This document shows positions 13,507 to 25,190 of a stretch of DNA of 64,000 nt, piece by piece. Source of the DNA: Camelus ferus (taxonomy: Eukaryota). Below the pieces are notes generated by a model. The model saw nothing but the letters and a program-made list of their open reading frames with translations, was not told where the DNA came from and did no database searches. The stretch covers positions 73,534,001 through 73,598,000 of the forward strand of contig NC_045696.1 of assembly GCF_009834535.1 (NCBI RefSeq). The letters run 5' to 3'. The number at the start of each line of letters is the position of its first letter. Within the stretch, counting starts at the first letter, position 1. Made by a program: the position numbers and the translations under genes.

Positions 13507-13729
13507 GCATTTGTCAAGCACCTGCTGTGTGCCAGACACTGTGTCTAAGTGCTTTGCATATATCGACTCCCTTAATCCTTACAGTAACCTTAGTACTAAC
13601 CATGCTTTACAGATTAGAACCAAGGTTTACACAGGTAAGAATAAGTAGTTTTCAAAAAGTCATACAATTAAGAAGTGTAAGAGCTGAAATGTAATCTTAG
13701 GTACTTTGATTCCAGATACTCACATTTTC
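13507..13729 (-). mobile_element. MIR SINE
   Basis: agcacctgctgtgtgccagacactgtgtctaagtgctttgcatatatc...ttaatccttacagtaacc...tttacagattag. Confidence 0.75.
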
Positions 13730-14130
13730 TGTTAAAGAAAAACCAAAACAGAGGTCACTGATTACAGCACTAGATCAAAAACTCATAGTCATGTAACCAA
13801 AACTTAACAGTCCTGATTTACCTGAAACGCTGACTCTGACCTTAAACAAATAGAACTAGGCTTTCTTCATGTCTTACAGCATGACTTTCCAGCTTCCTAG
13901 CTAATCAGCTACAAACAAGAAAACTTATCCAGTGAAAAGGAATATAAGTTTCTAGTAACCAATCACAAGAGAAAGCAATGTGCTTACTCATTCATGCTTT
14001 ATAAACTAATCTGTAACTACTCAAAGCCAGGCTCTAACCACTTTCTGTTCAAGGTCTCCCTGTTAGCAGTTTGTTTCTCACTCAATAAAATATTCACATA
14101 GTATAAGTCTCTCTGAACTTTCTTTTGACA
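13730..14130 (+). mobile_element. Solo ERV LTR (~400 bp, ERV1-like, family not identified)
   Basis: TG...CA termini with an imperfect inverted repeat (tgttaaaga / tcttttgaca); CCAAT (aaccaatc), TATA-like tttataaa and AATAAA occur in U3-R-U5 order. Confidence 0.65.
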
Positions 14131-14608
14131 CTACTAAGTATACAAAAATGTTTTAAGACATCCCAAGAAGAAAAGGTACCTTATATGGTATTGAGCATAA
14201 AATAATGTTAATAGTAACTGCCAGGCCTTTGCAGCCATAAAAGATGTTCACAGATCTCCTCAATGGAGAAATCCATATCGGTTTGGCTCCCAACAATAAT
14301 GTTACTTTTTTAACCAGGAGGATGAGACTATGACTCTCCTGATATACCTCAGAGGTCAGGTAACAAAGAAATAGACCAAACTAAAGCATCAGAGAGCCAG
14401 AACAAAGAGTACTTGGATAAGAGAGAGGACAAAAGGGAAGGTGAGAGAAAAGGAAAGACTTTCACTACTATGTGAGTCAATAAATACAGCCATAGCCAAC
14501 ATTTTGCAAAACATTTCTGGAGACAATGAAAGCCACCTTGATAATACTACTGACAATGATTTTTAATTTAAATGATCTGGGATAAATAGGAAATATCAAA
14601 AACAATAC

Positions 14609-15096
14609 TGTATTAGTTTCCCATGGCTTCTGTAACAAATTACCACATACGTGGTGCCTAAAAACAATAGAAATTCATTCCCTGCAGTTCTAAAGCTCAG
14701 AAGTCTGAGATTAGTATCATCCGACTGAAAACAAGGTGTTGGCATAGCTGCATGCCCTCCGGAGATTCCAGGGAAGAATCCATTCCTTGTCTCTTCCAAC
14801 TTCTTGAGCTTCCAGCATATCTCTTGACTTGTGGCCATATCACTTCAGTGTTCAATGCCAGGATCTTGAAATCTCCCTCTGCTCTGTCTTCACATCACCT
14901 TCTCTGTACAAAATCTCCCTCTGCCTCCTTCTTATAAAGATACATATGATGCCACTTAGGGTCCACCTGGATAAACCAGGATAGTTTCCCCAACTGAATC
15001 TCATCTGCAAAGACCTTTTTTCCAAATGAAATAACATTTACAGATTCCAGAGATTAAGACTTGATATCTATGTGGAACCATACTATAGCCTACTAC
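14609..15096 (-). mobile_element. MaLR solo LTR (MLT1C/D-like)
   Basis: tgtattagtttcc...gtaacaaattaccaca...tcatctgcaaagaccttttttccaaat...gcctactaca. Confidence 0.85.
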
Positions 15097-15889
15097 AAGT
15101 ACAAAGTGCTCTAATGAAAGGAAATAACTAACCATGGCATAGGCTAGTGAGGCACAGGAGCACTACAGAACTGACAGAAGACTGGCAGAACTCAGTACAA
15201 GAAGAGGAGTCCCTCCTGGACCAGGAGACAAACCATACTCAATTAAGTGTTTTTCCTACTGCTTTAATGAGATAATTGAAAATGAGAGCCAGCATAATTA
15301 CTGCATTTTAATGCAAAAAATTTTGCTTAATTCTACAGTGGTTTGTTTGTAATTTTATTCCAAACCATGGGTTCAGTCAATATTGAAAAATTCTTTGCTA
15401 TCTTTATGGAATTCTAAATTCAAGTGCCAATCCAAATGCACTTATGCAGGAGAACAAAAGAGAGGGTTTCTCTTTCTATTCCAGTATATAAGAATCCCGG
15501 GGAAAGGCTCTGATATACAGGCCCACATAAGCAAGAGGATCAGCTTGTTCTGATTAGAGGGTGTGTTGAGAGGGAAGAATCTTTAAAGCAAAGGGGAGGC
15601 TAACCACCTGAAGAAAAGAGGAAGGTGTACTGGGCAGATAAAAACCGCCGAAGTCCACTGCACTCTACACCAGTGGACACACACCTATTATAACACAACT
15701 ATATCACATGCACACATATACACATAGGGGAAAGGAAAGCACTCACTCCTCCTCCAAGAAAAACAACCCAAAGCTGCATCTGTTTCTGTATCTAGCCAGA
15801 AGTTCAGGATCTGAAGATGCCATGGACTTTTCTTCATTGGATCCAGGCATGTCTCTTCTTGACCTTTAACTAAGTGCCTAACTCAGTGA

Positions 15890-16110
15890 TCAAAAGCAGA
15901 AGTCCAATCAGACTGCCAGTCCTCAAAGCATGGCTCCCTCACAGTAGTGTGTGGTTTAGGGCAATTAATCCAACCTCTCTCTCTGTTTCCTAACCTGTAA
16001 AATGGGGATACTGATAGTATCCACTTTATAAAGTTGTTTCAAGCATTTAATGAGAGCAAGTGTATGAAATGCATAAAGTAAGCATTCAGTAAGTGTTAGG
16101 TGGTATGATT
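15890..16110 (+). mobile_element. MIR SINE
   Basis: aacctctctctctgtttcctaacctgtaaaatggggatactgatagtatccac. Confidence 0.65.
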
Positions 16111-16209
16111 ACAACCATTTTAGATGCTAGAGATACAGCACTAAGCAACATAAATGAAGCTCTGGTCTCCTTAGAGTTTCAATTCTAGCAGGGGAAATAG
16201 ACAATTTAT

Positions 16210-16328
16210 GGAAAGAGAGCAAACTCTCATGGTCCTTCCTCTTCCAATAAGGGCACTAACCCCATCATGGAGGCTCCACCTTCATGACCTCATTGAAACC
16301 TAATTACCTCTCAAAAGCCTCACCTCCA
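16210..16328 (-). mobile_element. MaLR LTR (MLT1A/MST-like), left part; interrupted by the L1 and continuing at 23854-23924
   Basis: taagggcactaaccccatcatggaggctccaccttcatgacctc...taattacctctcaaaagcctcacctcca resumes after the L1 as tatatcatcacattaggaattagggctttaacata...gacacaaacattgagtccacaaca. Confidence 0.85.
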
Positions 16329-17530
16329 GGAGAGGAGGCCAAGATGGCGGAGTAGTAGGACACTGGTAGCTCACCCTCTCCCACAGATACACCAAGACTC
16401 ACATCCACGGACCAGCCAACCAGAGCACCTGTGGAACTCCCACAGAACACTGACCTCTTCAAAAGACAAAGATGCCAAAAATCTGGTAGGAGAAAGGAAA
16501 AAAAGAAAGATGAAAAAGCAAAACAGTGTGGGACCGGTCCCATGTGGAGGGAGCGGCAAAGAACAACTTGCGCTCGTTCGCTGGGTCTCCCCCTCTCCAA
16601 CGGAGAGGCCAGCTGGACGGAGGGGGAGCCTCTGAGGCTCGGATCTGTACGGAGTAGTGCTTGACCTATAGAACTAAGTTAAACGGGCACAGAGGGTCCC
16701 TGAGACACCCAGCCCGAGACCCGAGCCAGGAGCTGGGGGCTGAGAAAGGCTGCCCCAGCTGGCGGGGGACGAGGACAGCCGCACTGAGGTAGCCCCGGGG
16801 GACTGCAAGGGGCTGCGCAAGGTGGATGAGTGGATGCACATGGCAGAACAACCTGGGCCCTCCATGAAACAGCAGGGCTGATGTGCCCTGGGGGGAAGGA
16901 TACATACCCCCATCTCTGAAAACCCACGGAAGGTTTTCGGAGACGAGAGGCGGGGCTCAGGCGCGGCCACCATATCCTCTGGCGCTTGGCACCCAGGTGG
17001 GGGCGGGGGCGAAACCTGAATCCAAGCCTGGGGGCTGGGCAGCCTCAAAGGCCAGCGACTTGTTTGCAGCCTGAGTCAGATAGGATCCTTCCGCCCTGGT
17101 GCCTCGCAAAGTTCGCGCCTCCAGGACAAACAAGGAGCTGAGTTTGGACACGGAGCAGGGGCGGGGGCTGTTCGGTGGTCTTCCTGGGGCTGCCTGCGGA
17201 GCACCAACCCGGGGCGGAGCACAGCAGAGCAGAGCTTTGGAGCGACCGGCGCCAAGAGATGGCGGGCGGCCCCCCGCCCCGAGGCAAGGCAGAGCGCACA
17301 GCGCCACAGAGCCACCGGTGCCAGGAGACGGTGGGTGGCCCCCCCGCCTTTCCTGCAGGAACGCTGTGCTTGGGGTGGGGGGCGCGATCTGCTTGCCAAC
17401 AGGCACTGGGAGCAGCACAGACAAGGGTGCCAACAGAGGGCCTCTGGAAACAGCAAGCTGAGTTCGCCAAACAGGGCGAAGACAGAAAGACTTCTCATTA
17501 AGAACACACAGTCTCCAGGAGAACACCCCC
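16329..17530 (+). promoter_or_regulatory. L1 internal promoter / CpG-rich 5'UTR with YY1 site (aagatggcgg, 16341-16350)
   Basis: The only strongly CpG-dense, GC-rich segment of the window; YY1 consensus near the 5' end, as in other mammalian L1s. Confidence 0.8.
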
Positions 17531-17540
17531 CCCCCCTTTT

Positions 17541-18330
17541 TAATCTGTTTTTACCTGTTGTATTTTCTATTACCTTTTCAATTTTTACTTTTTAAAAAAT
17601 TATATATCCTCCCAGTTTTAATCCCTTTAAAATTTTTTTAAATAATATTATTTTTAAAAAATCCATGTCATTTTTCTCTCTTGGTTTTGATCTCCTGTTA
17701 TTGATTATACACAGGTTTCAAATATTTTTTCCTCTTTTCTCATTTTTTTAAGGTTTTTAAGAGACGTCTCAACCTGATTGCTATTCTGCTTCAAATTGCT
17801 CTTCAATTATTCATTATACACTGTTTTCAACTTTTTTCTCCCCTTTTTCAAAATTCTCTCTTTATCATAAATTTTTTAAATCTGTTCTATTTTTTATTAC
17901 ATTTTTAATTTCTACTTTCTAAACAATTGCTATATGCTTCTAGTTTTAATTCCTTTAAACTTTTTCATTTAAAGTAGTTATATTATTATTATTTTTTAAA
18001 ATCCACCTGATTTCATTTTCATTTCTTTTGGGTTTCATCTCCTATTATTGATTATAAATAGGTTTCAAATATCTTTTTTTGATCTTTTTTCCTTTCTTTT
18101 AAGGGTTTTTAAAAAGATGTCTCAACTCGAATGCTAGTCTGACTCAAATTGCTCTTCTATAATTGATTATACATTGTTTTCAAACTTTTTCTTCCTCCCT
18201 TCTCAAAATTCTCTATTTTATCTTTTAATCTGTTCTCTTTTCTATTACCTTTGTAATTTCCACTTTCTAAACATTTGTAAAAAAAAAAAAAAACTTTTTT
18301 TCTCCCTTTTAAAATTCTCTTTCTCTCTCT
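17541..18330 (+). repeat. T-rich ~350-bp imperfect tandem repeat (about 2.3 units) in the L1 5'UTR
   Basis: aatctgtt...tattac recurs at ~17541, 17879 and 18227; atctcct(g/a)ttattgattata at ~17690 and ~18037; gtctcaac...caaattgctcttc at ~17766 and ~18119. Confidence 0.85.
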
Positions 18331-18449
18331 CCTTTTTTTTTATTTTTGAAGTTTTATTCCTACATAGGCATTAAATAGATAAATAAATGAACTCCTTTAA
18401 GGACCACAATAGATAACTGATACTCCATAAGCCACAGTGCCAGAGAGAT

Positions 18450-19352
18450 ATGAGCAAGATGAAGAAGCAGAGAAACCATTCACAATTAAAAGAACAAGAG
18501 AAATCCCCTGAAAGAACAATCAATGAAATAGGCATTGATAGTCTACTAGATCAAGATTTAAAAACAGGAGTGATCAAAGTATTGAAGGAATTAAAAGAGA
18601 TCGTGTTTAGAGATATAAAACATGTTAAAAATGAAATCGAAGCTATAAACAAGAGCCAAGTAGAACTGGTAAATTCACTGGCTGAGATGAGAACAGATCT
18701 AAAGGCTGTGCAAAGCAGAGTAGATAATGCAGAGGAACGAATTAGTGACCTAGAAGACAAGACAACAGAAAGCACCCAATTAGAACAACTGCAAGATAAA
18801 CAAATAAAAACAAATGAAAGCAACATAAGGGACCTATGGGATAATATAAAGCATGCCAATCTTCACATAATAGGGGTCCCAGAAGGGGAAAAAAGAACAA
18901 AGGGGATTGAAAAGGTTTTTGAAGAAATCATGAATGAAAACTTCCCAAACTTAAAGAAGGAATCAAATATCCAAGTACAGGAAGTTCAAAGGGTCCCAAA
19001 CAGGAAGAACCCAAACAGACCCACACCAAGACATATCATAATCAAGATGGCCAGAGTCAAGGATAAAGAAATGATCCTAAAGGCAGGAAGAGAAAAGCAA
19101 AGAGTAAGTTACAAGGGAACCCTCATAAGGCTCTCAGCTGATTTCTCTACACAAACACTACAGGCCAGAAGGGAGTGACAAGATATATTCAAGGTCCTGA
19201 ATGAAGAAAAGATGCAGCCTAGGATACTTTATCCAGCAAGGCTATCCTTTAGGATAGAAGGAGACATAAAGAATTTCACAGACAAGCAAAAACTAAAAGA
19301 GTTTAGCAACGCTAAACCCACGCTAAAAGAAATATTGAAAAGTCTACTCTAA
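18450..19352 (+). pseudogene. L1 ORF1p (RNA-binding chaperone), 300 codons with one premature stop
   Basis: MSKMKKQRN...coiled coil...NLHIIGVPEGE...RPTPRHIIIK...IRLSADFSTQTLQARRE*. TGA at 19176-19178 replaces the conserved W; the same frame continues QDIFKVL...PRILYPARLSF...EILKSLL* to 19352. Confidence 0.95.
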
Positions 19353-19735
19353 ATAGAAAAGCAGCAGGATGCTACAGAAATGAGAAACTCATAACTGGAA
19401 AGGTGATAACTCATGAATTACAAATAAACATGAAATTGTAAAAGAAGAGATCTAAATCATTAGGAGTGGGAGAGGGAAGCAAGAAAACATAGGGTTTTTT
19501 TTTTCTTTCTTTCTTTGTTAAATATTTTATTTTCAGTAGGATGGGTTCAAGATATAGTAATGGACTAATAGACTTTGGACTAATAGAAAAAGATAACCAC
19601 AAGCTAAAAACTTACAAGGGAGTCACAAAAACTAAATAAAATCCATGATAATACAAAGGAAGATTACCAAACCACAAAAGGAAGAAGAAAGGAACAAAGT
19701 GGAAATACCAAATCAACTGCAAAGATAAGTTCAAA

Positions 19736-22700
19736 ATGGCAATAAACACACATCTATCATTAATTACTGTAAATGTTAATGGACTAAATGCTCAGTCAAA
19801 AGACATAGAGTGGTAGACTGGATAATAAAGCAAGACCCTTCAATATGCTGCATACAAGAGACCCCCTTTACGGAGAAGGACACATAGAGGTTGAGAGTGA
19901 AAGGATGGAAAAGGATATTCCATGCAAATGGAAAAACCAAAAAAGCAGGTGTTGTAGTACTGATTTCAGACAAAATAGACTTTAAAACAAAGGCCATAAA
20001 GAAAGATAAAGAAGGACATTTTATAATGATTAAAGGAGTGATACAAGATGAGGATACTACACTCCTTAATATATATGCACCCAATATAGGAGGACCTAAA
20101 TACATAAAACAATTACTAACAGAGATAAAGAGGGATGTTGATGGGAATACAATCATAAATGGAGATTTTAACACCACATTAACATCACTAGACAGATCTT
20201 CCAGACAGGAAATAAATAAGGCAACAGAGAAATTAAATAATACAATAGAAAAATTAAACTTGGTAGATATTTTCAGAGCATTACACCCCCCAAAAGTAGG
20301 ACATACATTCTTTTCAAGTGCACATGGAACATTTTCTAGGATTGATCATGTACTTGGGCACAAAGAAACCTCAACAATTTTAAGATAGAAATTATCTCAA
20401 GCATCTTTACTGACCACAATGCCATGAAACTAGAAATCAACAACAGAGAAACAAAGGAGAAAAAAAGGAAAGCATGGAGATTAAACAATATGCTATCAAA
20501 AAACCAATGGGTCAATGAGGAAATCAAAGCTGAAATTAAAAAATACCTTGAGACACATGAAAATGAAAGCATAACAACACAAAATTTATGGGACATAGCA
20601 AAAGCAGTGCTAAGAGGGAAGTTTATAGCCATACAGGCCTTCCTCACAAAAGAAGAACAATCTCAAACAATTTAACCCACCAACTAAAAGAACTAGAAAA
20701 AGAACAAAAAACCCCAAAAGGAAGCAGAAGGAAGGAAGTTATAAAGATCAGGGAGGAAATAAATAAAATAGAGATTTAAAAAAAACATAGAAAAGTCAAT
20801 CAAACCAAAAGCTGGTTTTTTGAAAAAGTAAATAAAATCGACAAACCTCTGAGCAAACTCACAAAGAAGAAAAAAAGAGAGAGCACAAATCAGAAAAATA
20901 AGTAAGGAAAATGGAGAAATTACAACAAATAAAATAGAAATACAGAATATCATATGAGAATATTATGAAAAACTGTAAGTAACCAGACTGGATAACCTAG
21001 AGGAGATGAGCAAGTTTCTGGAAACATACTGTCCACCAAGACTGAATCAAGAAGAAACTGACCACTTGAACAAACTGATCACTAGAAATGAAATTGAAAT
21101 AGCAATAAAAAAAAAACCTGCCTACAAATAACAGTCCAGGACCGGACAGCTTCACCGGGGAATTCTACGAAACATACAAAGAAGAACTCATACCAGTCCT
21201 TCTCAAACTCTTCCAGAAGACTGAAAAGGAGGGAATACTCTCAAACTCATTCTATGAAGCCACCATCACCCTGATACCAAAACCAGGCAAAGACACTACC
21301 AAAAAAAGGGAATTATAGGCCAATATTACTGATGAACATAGATGCCAAAATCCTCACCAAAATATTAGCAAATAAAATCCAACAACACATAAAAAAGATC
21401 GTACATCATGACCAAGTGGGGTTCATTCCAGGGACACAAGGGTGGTTCAACATACACAAATCAATCAATGTAATACATCACATCAACAAGAGAAAGGACA
21501 AAAACCACATGATCATCTCAATCAATGCAGAAAAAGCATTTGATAAAATTCAACACCCATTTATGATAAACACTCTCACCAAAGTGGGTATAGAGGGAAC
21601 ATATCTCAATATCATAAAAGCTATATATGACAAACCTACAGCCAGCATAGTACTCAATGGTGAAAAACTCAAAACCTTCCCATTAAAATCTAGGACAAGA
21701 CAAGGATGCCCACTATCACCACTCCTATTCAACATAGTCTTGGAAGTCCTAGCCACAGCAATCAGGCAAGAGAGGGAAATAAAAGGGATCCAAATTGGAA
21801 AAGAAGAGGTAAAAATGTCACTATATGCTGATGACATGTTACTATATACAGAAAACCCTAAAAAGTCCACACAAAAACTACTAGAGCTGATCGAAGAATT
21901 CAGCAAGGTAGCAGGTTACAAGATTAACGTTCAAAAATCAGTGGCATTTCTTTACACTAATGATGAATCAACAGAAAAAGAAAGTAAAGAAACAATCCCC
22001 TTTAAAATAGCACCCAAAGTAATAAAATATCTGGGAATAAATCTAACCAAGGAGGTGAAAGAATTATACACAGAAAACTATAAACCATTGATGAAGGAAA
22101 TTAAAGAAGACTTTAAAAAATGGAAAGATATCCCATGCTCTTGGATTGGAAGAATCAATGTTAAAATAGTCACACTGCCCAAGGCAATCTACAGATTTAA
22201 TGCAATCCCTATCCAATTACCTAGGACATATTTCACAGAACTAGAACAAATCATAATAAAATTTATATGGAACCATCAAAGACCTAGAATTGCCAAAGCA
22301 TTACTGAAGAGAAAGAAAGAGGCTGGAGGAATAACTCTCCCAGACTTCAGACAATACTATAGAGCTACAGTCATCAAGACAGCATGGTATTGGTACAAAA
22401 ACAGACATATAGACCAATGGAACAGAATAGAGAGCCCAGAAATGAACCTACAAACTTTTGGTCAGCTCATCCTCGACAAAGGAGGCAAGAATATACAATG
22501 GAATAAAGACAGTCTCTTCAGCAAATGGTGTTGGGAAAACTGGACAGCAGCATGTAATGTAATGAAGCTAGAACACTCCCTTACACCATACACAAAAATC
22601 AACTCAAAATGGATCAAAGACTTAAACATAAGACAAGATACAATAAACCTCCTAGAGGAAAATATAGGCAAAACATTATCTGACATACATCTCAAAAATT

Positions 22701-23516
22701 TTCTCCTAGAAGAAATAAAAGCAAGAATAAACAAATGGGACCTAATGAAACTTACAAGCTTCTGCACAGCAAAGGAAACCATAAGTAAAACAAAAAGACA
22801 AACTACATAATGGGAGAAGATCTTTGCAAATGAAACCGAAAAAGGCTTGATCTCCAGAATATATAAGCAGCCCATACGACTTAGAAAGAACCAAACACCC
22901 CAATCCAAAAATGGGCAAAAGACATAAACAAGCAATTGTCCAAGGAACATACAAATGATCAATAAACCCATGAAAAAATGCTCAGTTTCACTAATATGAG
23001 AGAAATGCAAATCAAAACTACAATGAGGTATCACCTCACACCAGTCAGAATGGCCATCATTCAAAAATCCACAAATGACAAACGCTGGAGAGGCTGTGGA
23101 GAAAGGGGAACCCTCCTACACTGCTGGTGGGAATGCAGTTTGGTGCAGCCGCTGTAGAAAACAGTATGGAGATTCCTCAAAAGACTAGGAATAGACTTAC
23201 CACATGACCCAGGAATCCCGCTCCTGGGCATATATCCAGAAGGAACCCTACTTCAGGATGACACCTGCACCCCAATGTTCATAGCAGCACTATTTACAAT
23301 AGCCAAGACATGGAGACAGCCTAAATGTCCATCAACGGATGACTGGATAAAGCAGAGGTGGTATACTTATACAATGGAATACTATTCAGCCATAAAAACC
23401 GACAATATAACACCATTTGCAGCAACATGGATGATCCTGGAGAATGTCATTTAAGTGAAGTAAGCCAGAAAGAGAAAGAAAATTACCATATGGGATCGCT
23501 CATATGTGGAATCTAA
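19736..23516 (+). pseudogene. L1 ORF2p (endonuclease, reverse transcriptase, C-terminal domain), disrupted by frameshifts and stops
   Basis: MAINTHLSLITVNVNGLN; EN motifs NIYAPN, GDFNT, SRIDH; a 492-aa open stretch at 21332-22810 with RQGCPLSP and YADD; C-terminal ...LICGI*. Confidence 0.95.
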
Positions 23517-24297
23517 AAAACAAACAAACAAACAAACAAAGCATAAATACAAAACAGAAATAGACTCATAGGCATAGAATACAAACTTGTGGTTGCCAAG
23601 GGGGCAGAGGGTGGGAAGGGATAGACGGGATTTCAAAATTGTAGAATAGATAAGTAAGAGTATACTGTATAGCACAGGGACATATACACAAGATCTCATG
23701 GTAGCTCACAGAGAAAACAATGTGACAATGAATATATATATATGCTCATGTATAACTGAAAAATTGTGCTCTACACTGGAATTTGACACAACATTGTAAA
23801 ATGAGTATAAATCACAAAAAAATGTTAAAAAAAAAAAAAAAGCCTCACCTCCATATATCATCACATTAGGAATTAGGGCTTTAACATATAAACCTGGGGA
23901 GGACACAAACATTGAGTCCACAACAGACTCTGTGGGGTTACAGAAAAAGATAAAATACAGTCTGAGTCCTGGAAGAGCTCATAATCTAGTGAGGATGCTT
24001 TACAGGTAGTAGAAAGGCATAAGTGCTTCAAAAAATACACAGAGTTCAGTTGATATGAAGATTACTTCAAGAGTGGGAGGCAAGGAGCTGATCTGCAAGA
24101 GAGAAGACACTGAAAAAATGCAAATGGTCTTTACATGGGCAAGTGTCCGCTAATAGCTCAGGGAGGCTGGATCACAGGGGCCAGATGCAGAAAGGGCAAC
24201 CAAGAGGCTGCAGGGGGAGGGAGAGCATGCTGGCTTTTGGACTTGGTGAGGATTACAGGGGAATCTCTGAAGAACTTTAAGAACTGATTGGAGGCAT

Positions 24298-24737
24298 TGT
24301 ATGACTTTCCTAAGGCTGCTATAACAAATTACCACAAAATTTGGTAGCTTAAAACAACAAAGATTTATTCTCTCACAGTCCTGGAGGCCAGGTGTTCAGT
24401 GTTAGCAAGGATGGTTCCCTCCGGAGGCTCTGAGTGAAAAATCTGTCCCCTGCTTCTCTCCTAGCTTCTGGTGACTGCCAGCAATACTTAGTGTTCTTAT
24501 AATGTAGACATGTCACTCCAATTTCTGCCTCTGTCTTCACATGGCCTGCTATCCTCTGTGTCTGTGTGTCAAATCTCCCTCTCCTTTCTCTCATAAGGAC
24601 ACCAGTCATTGGTCCACCCTATATACAGGATGATCTCATCTTGAGATCCTTAGCTGAATTACTTCTGCAAAGATCCCTATTCCAAATAAGGTCACATTCT
24701 GAGGTTCTAGATAGACATAACTCTTCAACCCACTAGA
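24298..24737 (-). mobile_element. MaLR solo LTR (MLT1B/C-like)
   Basis: tgtatgactttcctaaggctgctataacaaattaccacaaa...ttccaaataaggtcacattctgagg...caacccactaga; 5-bp TSD-like ggcat/ggcac. Confidence 0.85.
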
Positions 24738-24799
24738 GGCACATTCAGATGGACTGGTATGATTAAGCTTGGAGGTAAAGATAACTATGACTGTTTCCC

Positions 24800-25190
24800 C
24801 CAAAAACACACATGGAAGTCCAAAAAGACATATGTATCCAAATGTTAATTTATGGTATTACAATTTGTAATTGGAAAGGTAAGAAACAATATAAAGGTCA
24901 GGCACTAAGAGACTTACCAAAGATATTATACTGCATCTCTACCATAGAATACTAGGCAGGTGTTAAAAAGGATAAAGTACATCAATATTGAGTGAAAAAA
25001 GTCAGGTGACCAACTGTGTAAAGTGTGGTCCATTTTGTGGTAAAAATAGAAAAGTTAGAAGGATATCTGGGGATATTATTAAGTCTGAAGAGGGGCTGAC
25101 ATAAAGAAAGCTTTTATTTTATGGATTTATGTATTTTCTAATATTTTAAATGCCCATGTTTTACTTTTACAAATTGAAAAAATATATATT
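24800..25190 (+). mobile_element. Ancient L1ME 3' remnant
   Basis: aagacatatgtatccaaatgttaa...accatagaatactaggcaggtgttaaaaag...attgagtgaaaaaag. Confidence 0.5.

Larger units (their letters stand above)
16329..23837 (+). mobile_element. Full-length young LINE-1 (camelid/cetartiodactyl type), inactivated
   Basis: GC-rich 5'UTR beginning ggagaggaggccaagatggcgg, then ORF1, spacer, ORF2, 3'UTR and poly(A). 16-bp TSD aaaagcctcacctcca at 16313-16328 and 23838-23853. Confidence 0.98.

Noticed and set aside
16304..17595. Cluster of long overlapping ORFs (up to 189 aa, both strands) in the L1 5'UTR, as a possible ORF0 analogue or new gene
   Set aside because: GC-rich sequence lacks stop codons by composition; the longest ORFs start at GTG/TTG; the peptides are low-complexity with no recognisable domain.
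18551..23064. Minus-strand ORFs of 100-200 aa over L1 ORF1/ORF2
   Set aside because: Antisense shadows of L1 coding sequence, a well-known artefact.
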